Source: Shigella phage ESh22
DNA length: 64,000 bases
Direction: 5' to 3' (one strand)
Sequence record: ON528732
Of the stretch, positions 7,201 to 15,791 are shown piece after piece; position 1 is the stretch's first letter, and every line of letters begins with the position of its first letter. The position numbers were made by a program, and so were the translations under genes. The notes below the pieces were generated by a model. It ran no database searches. It was not told the origin of the DNA and saw only the letters and a list, made by a program, of their open reading frames with translations.

Positions 7201-9027
7201 TTAGAGTTGTTTGTCAATGTTATTTCGAACATCACGAAGGTTTACATAACCATATGGTTGAGAGTTGCTAAACACCAACTTCAAAGCACATTCTGGATTA
7301 TCCAGTACACCTTCAAACTCTGCAAAGCCAAAGCCGTCTACAGCTTCCAGTTTATCACCGTCACACATAGGAACTACACCACCAAAAGCAGACTTCTTAA
7401 GACCACTGTCAGTTTTAGGGTCTTTTGCCAGCATGATTTCTTCACCGTCCATCTGAGCAAGAGTAGCCTTGACAGCAAATGCAAAGGTATCACGAGTCAG
7501 GTACTGGTAAGTGTATGAACCAACACCAAAGACCACGTTAGAGCTTGCAAAACCTTTGTCAGCAAGACGACCAAGAATCTCATTAGCTCGCTCAAGGGTG
7601 ATAGAATCACCATAGATTAAACCGATGTGCTCATCCAGTACTTTGTAACCTTTACTGTTCACACGACCACCAAAGATGTTGTAGAGAGTTGGGATAGCCC
7701 CATCAATCTCTGCTGTCAGCATACGCTTAACAACAATATTTCCGGTCTTATTAAAATCTTTCAAGTTAACTGTTTCAGCAGTTTCAAAATCTTCTTTATC
7801 AACAACTAACTCATAACCTTCAGAGATAAGCCATGCAGCAAACCCATAACCCATATCCTGCAACTCACAATACTGAATAAGATTCAGGAGTTTATCATTG
7901 TTCGGTGCAATTTCTTTCATATGTTTGTAGAACATACTCTTGGCATTTTCCCACTCAACAGCACGATAACCAGCAACAATGTGAATGGGGTCTCCAGAGT
8001 CTGGACGTATTACCAGTTTACCTTCACGCTTCAGGATAACTTCACGGAGTTCTGGGAGAATCTCTGTAACAGTACGCCAGAAGTTGTAAGTATCTGAAAC
8101 AACACTTGCAATACCAGTTGGATATACGTCTACCAGTAAATGCTCAAAGGTTTTAACCTCACCACGCCAACGTTTTGCATCCAGCAAGCTATCAGACTGC
8201 ATGATGTACTGTGAATGAATATCTTCCTCTGACAAGTCTTTCATATTCCATGAAATGTTTGCGCACATCACAGAGTGTTCAGTAGCTGGTACAGAGTTGC
8301 CGATATCACTTACTTCCATAAACTGACCATAAGCACGTTTAGCAGTGTAGACAGCAGGGAAGCTGTCAGTACCTTTAAAGCTTGTCAGGTGACCTACAGC
8401 GTTAAAAGCATCATCTGTAAAGCCTGACATACCACGCATTGCAAAATCATGACACTGCCAAGGTAAATGGAAGTCATTATCACAGGTTACATCAGCCCAT
8501 TGCTTACAGATGCGTTTGTAGTGTAATGCAATAGTGGCAATCGTAGAAGCTTTCCAAATTTCAGCAGAGAAAGCATCTTCCAGATATCCAGCTACCCAAT
8601 GGAAGCCCTCTACAGTATTCTTGAAGATAATCATTGGAACACGCATTGGAACCACTGTACCCTCTTCTACAGAGTAGACTTCGACTGGCAGATAGCCTAA
8701 ATCGTGAAGTTCTTCCCAATGCTCACGACCAATCGCATCTGCACCGAGAACACCGTTCATGATTTCTAAGATTTCGTCAACAACTTCTTTCTTATCTCGT
8801 TCAAAGAAGGTAGCATTCCAGTGGTCTACTAAGTAATCTTTAACGAAACGTTGAATACCAAAAGCAACTACACCGTCAATATCAAGTGGAGTGTTAAACC
8901 ACTTATCACCACGAGGTGTAAGATTTAGCATCAGATACTGTGTAGCACTTGGGTACTGGTAGATATGGCCAGCTTTGTAAGCATCCGCATTAAGACCTGC
9001 TGGTACTGCATAAACTGATTTAGACAT
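7201..9027 (-). CDS. nicotinamide phosphoribosyltransferase (NAMPT/NadV)-family protein; possibly a nicotinamide ADP-ribose transferase
   Basis: ORF 7201..9069, start trimmed to the ATG at 9027 (MSKSVYAVPAGLNADAYKAGH...) preceded by a GAGAGAGA RBS; about 609 aa, longer than typical NAMPT; family assigned from N-terminal region and overall pattern recalled for NadV/PncB-like proteins. Confidence 0.7.
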   Translation of the reverse strand: MSKSVYAVPAGLNADAYKAGHIYQYPSATQYLMLNLTPRGDKWFNTPLDIDGVVAFGIQRFVKDYLVDHWNATFFERDKKEVVDEILEIMNGVLGADAIGREHWEELHDLGYLPVEVYSVEEGTVVPMRVPMIIFKNTVEGFHWVAGYLEDAFSAEIWKASTIATIALHYKRICKQWADVTCDNDFHLPWQCHDFAMRGMSGFTDDAFNAVGHLTSFKGTDSFPAVYTAKRAYGQFMEVSDIGNSVPATEHSVMCANISWNMKDLSEEDIHSQYIMQSDSLLDAKRWRGEVKTFEHLLVDVYPTGIASVVSDTYNFWRTVTEILPELREVILKREGKLVIRPDSGDPIHIVAGYRAVEWENAKSMFYKHMKEIAPNNDKLLNLIQYCELQDMGYGFAAWLISEGYELVVDKEDFETAETVNLKDFNKTGNIVVKRMLTAEIDGAIPTLYNIFGGRVNSKGYKVLDEHIGLIYGDSITLERANEILGRLADKGFASSNVVFGVGSYTYQYLTRDTFAFAVKATLAQMDGEEIMLAKDPKTDSGLKKSAFGGVVPMCDGDKLEAVDGFGFAEFEGVLDNPECALKLVFSNSQPYGYVNLRDVRNNIDKQL

Positions 9028-9042
9028 AATTTTATCTCTCTC

Positions 9043-9070
9043 AATAGTGGGGCTTTTCAGCCCCTTCAAA
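9043..9070 (-). promoter_or_regulatory. GGGGCUGAAAAGCCCC hairpin element (identical to the core at 4190-4205), no U-tract
   Basis: Exact 16-nt repeat of the hairpin in the rIIB promoter-like element; sits between the Prs-like gene stop and the NAMPT-like gene start. Confidence 0.4.
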
Positions 9071-9075
9071 GTTTA

Positions 9076-9957
9076 TTACTCAATGTTTGCTACAGTTACT
9101 TGTGAGAACTGATTCAGACCACGGTCTTCAGCATCCCCTAGCGAGTTTGTAGTGTAGATATGGTCAATGCCATTGTCAAGAAGATTTTCAACACCTTTTG
9201 AGAAAATCCCATGAGTTACATAAAGTTCTACACGGCTTGCACCAGCTTCACGAAGATGTTTTGCAGCTTCTACAAAGGTACGACCACCATCACAGATATC
9301 ATCGAGAATCATGACAGCTTTACCAGTTAAGTCTACATCATCAAGGATTCGCATACCAGTGATTTCACCAGTTTTCAGATTACGAATCTTAGCCATTGTG
9401 ATATATGGCTTATCAACCTCTTTAGCAGCCTCTTCAGTCTTCTTGGCTGCACCTGCATCTGGAGCCACTAAGAAATCAATACGTGGGTCACTTGCAAAGT
9501 GTACTGCTGCTTCTTTCTGGGGCAGGTTATGGAAGCACTTAAACAAGTTCTCTGCTACGTTGCTGTGAGTATCTAAAGCACATACTGCATCAAACTCCAT
9601 AGCATTTACCAGATTTGCAAAGACTTTCAATGCTGCTGCATCACCTTTAAACATGTGACGGTCATAACGAGCATTTGGTAAGAAGCCAAATACAGCAGTC
9701 TTCATAGTTGATTTCTGAGGAATTAGTTTGTCAATAGCTTCTTTCGCCAGAGCTAAAGCAAACAGAGTATCTTTGTCGTAACCCTGTACAGTGAGGATTA
9801 CATTCTCAATCTGGGAAGCATTCTGTTCAGCATAGGCTACTAGGTCTTCTGAGAAGTTACCACCAATTTCTCCAGACGGAAACTGGATAATGTTGAACTC
9901 TTCTTGGTGAGCACCTTTTTTACGTGAGTGTAACAGTACACTAATAATAGTTTTCAT
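9076..9957 (-). CDS. ribose-phosphate pyrophosphokinase (Prs)-family protein; PRPP synthetase or ADP-ribose pyrophosphate synthetase-like
   Basis: 293 aa; 'FPSGE', 'FGFLPNARYDR', 'LDTHS' and the PRPP-binding loop 'VMILDDICDGGRTF' follow the Prs pattern; immediately upstream of the NAMPT-like gene. Confidence 0.75.
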   Translation of the reverse strand: MKTIISVLLHSRKKGAHQEEFNIIQFPSGEIGGNFSEDLVAYAEQNASQIENVILTVQGYDKDTLFALALAKEAIDKLIPQKSTMKTAVFGFLPNARYDRHMFKGDAAALKVFANLVNAMEFDAVCALDTHSNVAENLFKCFHNLPQKEAAVHFASDPRIDFLVAPDAGAAKKTEEAAKEVDKPYITMAKIRNLKTGEITGMRILDDVDLTGKAVMILDDICDGGRTFVEAAKHLREAGASRVELYVTHGIFSKGVENLLDNGIDHIYTTNSLGDAEDRGLNQFSQVTVANIE

Positions 9958-9969
9958 ATTTAATATCTC

Positions 9970-10263
9970 TCAATCAAAAGTTACAAAGGTTACAGCCATA
10001 GCTGTTTTGCATTTCTTTGGGTCTACAGTATGATAAATCACTAAACAGTTACCTGTACCGTCTGGAACTGGTTTTGTCCAAGTGCGTTCAATGTTTGGCT
10101 CTCCAAACTCTTTGTAGTAGCCATTAGATTGATGGTCTACCATCTCAAGTGCAAGGGCATCTGGAACGTGACCACGTATCATGTACATTTCACAACCGTT
10201 ACCACCTTCACTAATAAGTTCTTTGATTTCCCATTGTTCTCTAGCCATTATAAGTCGCCTCAT
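9970..10263 (-). CDS. hypothetical protein (97 aa)
   Basis: ORF track; same strand and operon context. Confidence 0.45.
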   Translation of the reverse strand: MRRLIMAREQWEIKELISEGGNGCEMYMIRGHVPDALALEMVDHQSNGYYKEFGEPNIERTWTKPVPDGTGNCLVIYHTVDPKKCKTAMAVTFVTFD

Positions 10264-10756
10264 AAACAGTCTCGAACTTCAACAAGAGAGATATTGCCAG
10301 AACTGCATATTCCTTGTCAAGCATTGGTGGCATATTATTTTTAATATATTCTTTTTGTTCTGCATAGGTCATCTTAGGGGCTTCTAGAAGCTTCTCTCCT
10401 TGCTTCTGGTTATCAAGTTGAGTCTGGATAAACCAGTTAGAGCAATGGTGCTCCCCACCCTTTGTAACGGGCTTATGGTGGCCTAATGTGAAAGATTGCT
10501 TACCAGAGTAACGGCAAAGCTTGTTAAGAGTAGCTATAGTGTTCTTTACAACACAGTACTCATAGAGGTTGTCAATAGTGTAGTGAGGGTAATATGCAAA
10601 GAGGGAACTATCACGGTACTTCCCACGATTCCAAAGAACCATGTGATTAGAGTTTGAAGGGTCATATTGGTGAGACTCAATGAACTCTTGACGCTCATCA
10701 AAATCAAGACGTAAAACAGACATTGCAGCAGCACGTTTAAGGTTTGCGTAGTACAT
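10241..10756 (-). CDS. hypothetical protein (171 aa), His-rich patches (GHHKP, GEHHCS)
   Basis: ORF track; no confident motif. Confidence 0.5.
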   Translation of the reverse strand: MYYANLKRAAAMSVLRLDFDERQEFIESHQYDPSNSNHMVLWNRGKYRDSSLFAYYPHYTIDNLYEYCVVKNTIATLNKLCRYSGKQSFTLGHHKPVTKGGEHHCSNWFIQTQLDNQKQGEKLLEAPKMTYAEQKEYIKNNMPPMLDKEYAVLAISLLLKFETVYEATYNG

Positions 10757-10768
10757 GATTTCTCCAAA

Positions 10769-10796
10769 ATAAAAAGGGAACCTTTTACAGTTCCCT
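10769..10796 (-). terminator. intrinsic terminator (GGGAAC-loop-GUUCCC + U5)
   Basis: Hairpin + U-tract on minus strand between ORF 10809..11120 and ORF 10241..10756. Confidence 0.55.
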
Positions 10797-10808
10797 AATC
10801 ATATACTT

Positions 10809-11120
10809 TTACTGTGTGACTTTCAACACTTTGAAGAAACCTTCTTCACCGATGTTGCTTGTAACGTAATCTGTAGGTTTGATTGAATGGTTCAGACATA
10901 CAATCTTCTTAGCTTTCTTGTCATAAGTCAGCTTAAGTTGTTTTACCTCTTTGTCACTAGCTAGTGACTCATTGTACATCTTTACAGCTTTCTTAAACGG
11001 GATATATTCACCACCAAAAGCTAGAAAACCTGTGCCACAATAATGTGCATTATATTTCTCAACCATAAATTGGCACAGAACTGCAATCTGAATCTTACGA
11101 GTGTTATAAATCTTTTCCAT
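10809..11120 (-). CDS. hypothetical protein (103 aa)
   Basis: ORF track. Confidence 0.45.
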   Translation of the reverse strand: MEKIYNTRKIQIAVLCQFMVEKYNAHYCGTGFLAFGGEYIPFKKAVKMYNESLASDKEVKQLKLTYDKKAKKIVCLNHSIKPTDYVTSNIGEEGFFKVLKVTQ

Positions 11121-11132
11121 GTTGGGTATCCC

Positions 11133-11405
11133 TTATTTGCTACGTTTACGGTTGCGAGCTTTTTTAGCTGCACGTTTAATTGCTGCTGCACCAGACTGAC
11201 GGTGAGCTTGCTTCTTACCACCTTTACCACGTCCAACGTGAATGTAAGGCTGCTGTTCAATCTGGCTTGCAAGAACCTGTGCAACTGCTGAAGCATCTAC
11301 ACCGACCTGCTTACCTGTCATAGAAACAATTGCTGCTGCTTTTGCCAGTGCCGCTAAGAAACCCGCTTTCATGTTACTAAAAATTCCCATTTTAATCTCT
11401 CTCAT
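11133..11405 (-). CDS. hypothetical protein with strongly basic C-terminus (90 aa)
   Basis: ORF track; C-terminal KRAAKKARNRKRSK. Confidence 0.4.
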   Translation of the reverse strand: MREIKMGIFSNMKAGFLAALAKAAAIVSMTGKQVGVDASAVAQVLASQIEQQPYIHVGRGKGGKKQAHRQSGAAAIKRAAKKARNRKRSK

Positions 11406-11726
11406 TTAAAGTTTAATACAGAACTTATTAAGTTCTTCTTCAGTAACTGCGACAACTTTATCATCAACACGTAAGTTTGTCGCGTAAAAATTTGAGAAAT
11501 GTGCTTTGTATTTTACTTTAAATACTCCAGCATCCTCAATACATTTCAATGCTTCCATACCAGTGGAGTCAAACAGACTTTTAGTATAGACTTTCCACTC
11601 TTCAAGGGTTTCTGGATTTACTTTGTAGCTACCAAATAGTGACATGTTACAGTACGACATAACAAACTCACCGCGTTTGAATCCACCGCTACTCTGCTCT
11701 CCATTGACAGTCACCTTGCCAGCCAT
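11406..11726 (-). CDS. hypothetical protein (about 106 aa)
   Basis: ORF 11406..11807 trimmed to the ATG at 11726 (MAGKVTVNGEQ) preceded by GGAGAAAAG; upstream part overlaps nrdG. Confidence 0.4.
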   Translation of the reverse strand: MAGKVTVNGEQSSGGFKRGEFVMSYCNMSLFGSYKVNPETLEEWKVYTKSLFDSTGMEALKCIEDAGVFKVKYKAHFSNFYATNLRVDDKVVAVTEEELNKFCIKL

Positions 11727-12174
11727 ATTCTTTTCTCCACAAGTTTTGGTTGTCTGAACCACGATACGGTTTATTCGTTGGTTTAGAAGCATCATACTTA
11801 CCATCAATCACTACGTCAACATATTTCATCACCTCTTCATTGATTTTTTCATGAAGCTGAAAGCCTGTCCAAAGCCATATAGACTTTTCTGGGTAAACAG
11901 TTTTAATACGTTTACATATGTTGGTGACTTCTTGAATGTTTCTCTCATCCAGAGGCTCTCCACCAAGTATTGACAGCCCACTAATAGCATTATCATTCAT
12001 TAGCTGCATAATGCCATAAAGGTTTGCGTAAGTAAACTCTTTTCCTGCATTAAACTTCCAAGATTCCCTGTTAAAGCAACCCTCACAGTGGTGTCGGCAT
12101 CCAGCTACAAAAAGACTGACACGAGCACCTTCACCGTTAGCTGTATCAAATTTTCGTATTTCCATGTAATTCAT
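11689..12174 (-). CDS. nrdG: anaerobic ribonucleotide reductase activating protein (radical-SAM activase)
   Basis: 161 aa; CxxxCxxC cluster 'CRHHCEGC' near the N-terminus; same region as nrdD. Confidence 0.7.
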   Translation of the reverse strand: MNYMEIRKFDTANGEGARVSLFVAGCRHHCEGCFNRESWKFNAGKEFTYANLYGIMQLMNDNAISGLSILGGEPLDERNIQEVTNICKRIKTVYPEKSIWLWTGFQLHEKINEEVMKYVDVVIDGKYDASKPTNKPYRGSDNQNLWRKEYGWQGDCQWRAE

Positions 12175-12566
12175 TAAATCACCTCAAAATCTACCTTCTC
12201 ATATTTAACAACATACTCTTCACAGTGTTCTTTGATGAAGTCTGTTAGCAATTCATCTTCCTGTGCTCTTGTTATTAAAGCTACGTATTTGGGATTCATG
12301 ATTTGCTGGTGGCTGTGAATCTCGAAGCAACCTACATCTGTACCATCGTCATCAGACCAAGTACCGTGAAGGACTACAACTAACCCGTCAAGTTCTTGAG
12401 GAAGTTGTAGATTGGAATCAATAGCATCTGCAAAGACCTCTGAAGTAATCAAGCACTCTGCTGAGATGTAGAAAGTGCTTCCACGACGATGTTCTTTAGA
12501 AGAACTCCCAAACTCAAGAGCATACTCTACTAAGAACTCTTTCATATCTTTAGTTAGTTTTATCAT
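12174..12566 (-). CDS. hypothetical protein (about 130 aa)
   Basis: ORF 12174..12581 trimmed to the ATG at 12566 (MIKLTK) with AGGAAA RBS. Confidence 0.45.
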   Translation of the reverse strand: MIKLTKDMKEFLVEYALEFGSSSKEHRRGSTFYISAECLITSEVFADAIDSNLQLPQELDGLVVVLHGTWSDDDGTDVGCFEIHSHQQIMNPKYVALITRAQEDELLTDFIKEHCEEYVVKYEKVDFEVI

Positions 12567-12660
12567 TTTTATTTCCTGCAAAGTGTGTGTAAAGTAATCC
12601 TAAACAGAATCCTAGTGTAGTCGAACCTATTAGTGTTATCAATAAAAATTCTTTTATCAT

Positions 12661-12918
12661 TTAGTACCACCATATTGACTGATTGTTATCACAAGTATAC
12701 AAGTACTCTGTACCAGTTTGTGGGACTAGGATTGTTGTATTCCCTGCCTGAACTGACACATAATAAGTGTACTCTCTACTCTGTGAAGTTTGTTGACAGT
12801 GGTTTGCCTCCATCCAGATAGAAGTGTGATAAGCATAGTATGCAGCATAACCTATCATAGCTACTAAGAGAATGCCAATAACCCACATCCAAAAGTTATG
12901 CCAGAAGTCATAACTCAT
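12661..12918 (-). CDS. small membrane protein (85 aa), aromatic-rich transmembrane segment
   Basis: ORF track; WMWVIGILLVAMIGYAAYYAY hydrophobic segment. Confidence 0.45.
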   Translation of the reverse strand: MSYDFWHNFWMWVIGILLVAMIGYAAYYAYHTSIWMEANHCQQTSQSREYTYYVSVQAGNTTILVPQTGTEYLYTCDNNQSIWWY

Positions 12919-13097
12919 GGTGTTACCTCTTGATAGACTTTCCAGAACTCACCTGTTAACTTCTCATCGTACCAAGTGCCATTTGAAGTCTGCCAAGAGA
13001 CTACATAGCCATTGTCAAGAATGTATTTCAGTTTTGCTTCAAGAGTTGTGCCACCAACTTTACCAACAAACAGGTAGACTTTCCCAACTTCCAACAT
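12915..13097 (-). CDS. hypothetical protein (60 aa)
   Basis: ORF track; ATG at 13095-13097 follows a terminator-RBS block. Confidence 0.4.
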   Translation of the reverse strand: MLEVGKVYLFVGKVGGTTLEAKLKYILDNGYVVSWQTSNGTWYDEKLTGEFWKVYQEVTP

Positions 13098-13111
13098 TTT
13101 ATTCTCTCCAA

Positions 13112-13153
13112 TAAAAAAGGTAGTGCAAGCCTATCAAGACCTACACTACCTTG
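13112..13153 (-). terminator. intrinsic terminator (long imperfect hairpin + U6) after nrdD
   Basis: AAGGUAGUG...CACUACCUU stem followed by UUUUUU on minus strand, directly 3' of nrdD. Confidence 0.5.
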
Positions 13154-13161
13154 TCAATTAC

Positions 13162-15306
13162 TTACATAGATTTTCTGTCTTTAATCTCTGCAATTTTTGC
13201 ATCGTTCATTCTTGAGGTTCCCTTGATTTTAGTCCAACCAAGATACCCACAAACACGGTTAATAACAGAGATATCATGTGAGTGACACTTAGGACATTCT
13301 TCAACATCTGCACTTGGACGGTGACCACAATTTTCACAGATTGCTAAGTCAAAGTTAACACCTTGATAGAAGCCCTTACCCATACCCCTTGTAACACATG
13401 CTTCAATAGCTTTATGATTCTCTGGGTTAGCAATACGAACATATTGAATATGCCCTCCATTGCAGGAATGGAAGAAAGGTTCTTCTAAGTCTTGCTTCTC
13501 AAATGGTGTAATATCTGCTGCTACGTTCATGTGGAAGCTGTTTGTAAAGTACTCTTTATCGGAGACACCTTTAATAACTCCAAACATGTGACGAAACTGC
13601 TTCAATTGCGTACCACAAAGGCTCTCAGCAGGTGTACCATAAAGGGCATATAAGAATCCATCTTCTTGCTTAAACTGCTCCAGCTTGGTGTTTAGGTGCT
13701 CCATAACTTGATGTGCAATACCTTCTGAAGATGACTCATGAAGTCTACCTTCTCCAGCCAAAACAGAAAGCTCATCTAGTGCGGTAACACCAAAAGAAGC
13801 TGTGAAGGATTTCACAGTATCCCAACCAATCTTGTCAGTTGGTTTCTTATGACCTTTGTACAGTCCACCTTGAGTAAACGCCAGAGGGTTAGAACTTGCT
13901 GGCATGTTAGCAATCATTTCATAACGCTTCTGGTGGAATGCTCGAATCATTTCAAGGTACTTGTCAATCTCTTCAAAGAAATCAAGTTGATTCTCCTTAG
14001 CATACTGATAAATCATTGGCAAGTTCAGTGAGACAGCACCAATGTTAGCACGTCCTACATAGAACTCTCCACCATCTTCATCAAGGTATGGTGACAGATA
14101 AGCCCTGCAACCCATCGGTGAAATCACTTTACCCGAGCGTTTAAAAGCATCTGCTGCAGCACCATGACCAGATACACTCAGGAAGTCTGGGTACATTGCT
14201 TTAGAGCAACACTCAATAGCTTTTCCATAAAGTTGACCTTGCCAGATATCCAGAGAGTGTCTTTTCTCATCATAGATATATACCAGTTTAGGGAATACTA
14301 CTGGTTTCTTGGCTTTACCTTGACCATTCATACGAACATCCAAGATAGTCTTAGCAATCATATATTGTAGACGGTTATCATGATTTGATATATCTGGTTC
14401 AAGTAATCCAAATGTTAAAGTTGTAAAAGCAAAGTCACCACGACTGCAAGGGACAGTGTTAAGTTTCATCTCAAGGGATTGAAAGCCCTGAGTTAACTCA
14501 ATTTGTAACTGGTTCTTGACATAGTGGTAAATCTTGTCTTGAGGGATTCCATAAGCAATAGCCATTTCCTCATGATACTTCTGAGACTTCTTAGCATATG
14601 GTACTAAAATCTTATCAATCTCTGGGATAGTGAATCCACCAAATTGCTGTGCAGTTGCTGATAGAACAACGTCACCGATAACCTGTAAAGCTGACAGAAC
14701 AGACTTTGGTTCACAGTATTCAATACCAGACATTTCAAAGCCACCTTCCAAGACTTTGCCAATATCAAATAAGCAACAGTTGATTCCACCAAATACCAAG
14801 TCTCTTAGGTCGTGAATGTAGATAAATCCATCTTCAATAGCTCTTATTTCTTCTGGTGTTAAGTGATACTGTTTAAAGATTTCTTTTGTCAGGTATCCAC
14901 GAATAATAGAACCCTTTGTAGAGATTAAGCTACTGTCAAAGTTAGCATTCTCACGGTCACCTAAGAAGAGAGTGTCTTTAGTCTTCTGATACAGATAATC
15001 CCAATTCTGTGCCACCTCTTTACGGTAGTTACGATACGTTGAGTATGACTCATAAATCTCATGGTTAGTGACAGCCAGAGCACCTTCTACAATACTGTGA
15101 ATGTCATCTACAGAGATTAGTAAAGCATTCTGATTAGATGCCTTTGCAAGAATCCTCTTGAAAGCTGCTTCTAAAGCATGGATAACTTCTAGTGGAAGTT
15201 CTTTGTAGCCAACACGATTAGCTGATTTCTCAACGGCTGTCAAGATTTTGTTAATATCTGGTTTTTCCAGTGAGCCGTTCTTTTTGATAATTTGTACTTT
15301 AACCAT
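13162..15306 (-). CDS. nrdD: anaerobic ribonucleoside-triphosphate reductase (class III, glycyl-radical)
   Basis: 714 aa; C-terminal Cys cluster (CENCGH...CPKC) and glycyl-radical motif 'RVCGYLG'. Confidence 0.85.
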   Translation of the reverse strand: MVKVQIIKKNGSLEKPDINKILTAVEKSANRVGYKELPLEVIHALEAAFKRILAKASNQNALLISVDDIHSIVEGALAVTNHEIYESYSTYRNYRKEVAQNWDYLYQKTKDTLFLGDRENANFDSSLISTKGSIIRGYLTKEIFKQYHLTPEEIRAIEDGFIYIHDLRDLVFGGINCCLFDIGKVLEGGFEMSGIEYCEPKSVLSALQVIGDVVLSATAQQFGGFTIPEIDKILVPYAKKSQKYHEEMAIAYGIPQDKIYHYVKNQLQIELTQGFQSLEMKLNTVPCSRGDFAFTTLTFGLLEPDISNHDNRLQYMIAKTILDVRMNGQGKAKKPVVFPKLVYIYDEKRHSLDIWQGQLYGKAIECCSKAMYPDFLSVSGHGAAADAFKRSGKVISPMGCRAYLSPYLDEDGGEFYVGRANIGAVSLNLPMIYQYAKENQLDFFEEIDKYLEMIRAFHQKRYEMIANMPASSNPLAFTQGGLYKGHKKPTDKIGWDTVKSFTASFGVTALDELSVLAGEGRLHESSSEGIAHQVMEHLNTKLEQFKQEDGFLYALYGTPAESLCGTQLKQFRHMFGVIKGVSDKEYFTNSFHMNVAADITPFEKQDLEEPFFHSCNGGHIQYVRIANPENHKAIEACVTRGMGKGFYQGVNFDLAICENCGHRPSADVEECPKCHSHDISVINRVCGYLGWTKIKGTSRMNDAKIAEIKDRKSM

Positions 15307-15322
15307 TCTAACTCCTGATATG

Positions 15323-15345
15323 AAAAAGGTCTCCGAAGAGACCCT
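15323..15345 (-). terminator. intrinsic terminator (GGGUCUC-UUCG-GAGACC + U5) directly before the nrdD RBS
   Basis: Hairpin + U-tract on minus strand; about 17 nt upstream of the nrdD ATG. Confidence 0.55.
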
Positions 15346-15349
15346 TATT

Positions 15350-15556
15350 TTAATTTTTGTTTAAGAGATTATCAAGGAAGTTTTTAACCTTGGTACTCCA
15401 TCCAAACTGAATGTCTAGAATTTCAATGATTAGCCATACTAGCATAAACCCGAACATTAAACCTTGTTTAAAGTCAATGAACATGTTCAGCAAGAAAATT
15501 ACCCAGAGAAGCATAGGAGCATCTTCTTTGAAGCCTTTAAAGATTTTATCCAGCAT
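15350..15556 (-). CDS. small membrane protein (68 aa)
   Basis: ORF track; two hydrophobic segments. Confidence 0.45.
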   Translation of the reverse strand: MLDKIFKGFKEDAPMLLWVIFLLNMFIDFKQGLMFGFMLVWLIIEILDIQFGWSTKVKNFLDNLLNKN

Positions 15557-15791
15557 TATTCACCTCTGCCATGAAGTTTTGTAAAGTACCTACAGGAGTT
15601 AAAACTGTATCTTCCGTTTTCATGATGAACGGCATTTGACGAACTGGCATTTTTGCAATGCCCATCAAATCTTGGAGTTCATAGTCTTTGCCAAGCATTC
15701 TTACAATGTGGTCAATCCCACGAGCTTGAGCAAAATTCTTTGCGGTTACACACTGAGGGCAACCGTCTTTTGAATAAATTACATAAGTCAT
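15546..15791 (-). CDS. glutaredoxin/NrdH-like redoxin
   Basis: 81 aa; CxxC active site 'CPQC' near the N-terminus; sits between nrdB and nrdD. Confidence 0.65.
   Translation of the reverse strand: MTYVIYSKDGCPQCVTAKNFAQARGIDHIVRMLGKDYELQDLMGIAKMPVRQMPFIMKTEDTVLTPVGTLQNFMAEVNNAG

Noticed and set aside
9027-9069. N-terminal extension of the NAMPT-like ORF (and similar track extensions at 2936-2960, 11726-11807, 12566-12581, 17136-17247, 26469-26511, 27404-27434, 61712-61727, 63066-63138)
   Set aside because: The extensions begin at non-ATG or RBS-less codons and run through terminator hairpins or upstream genes/tRNAs; internal ATGs with good Shine-Dalgarno sequences were preferred.
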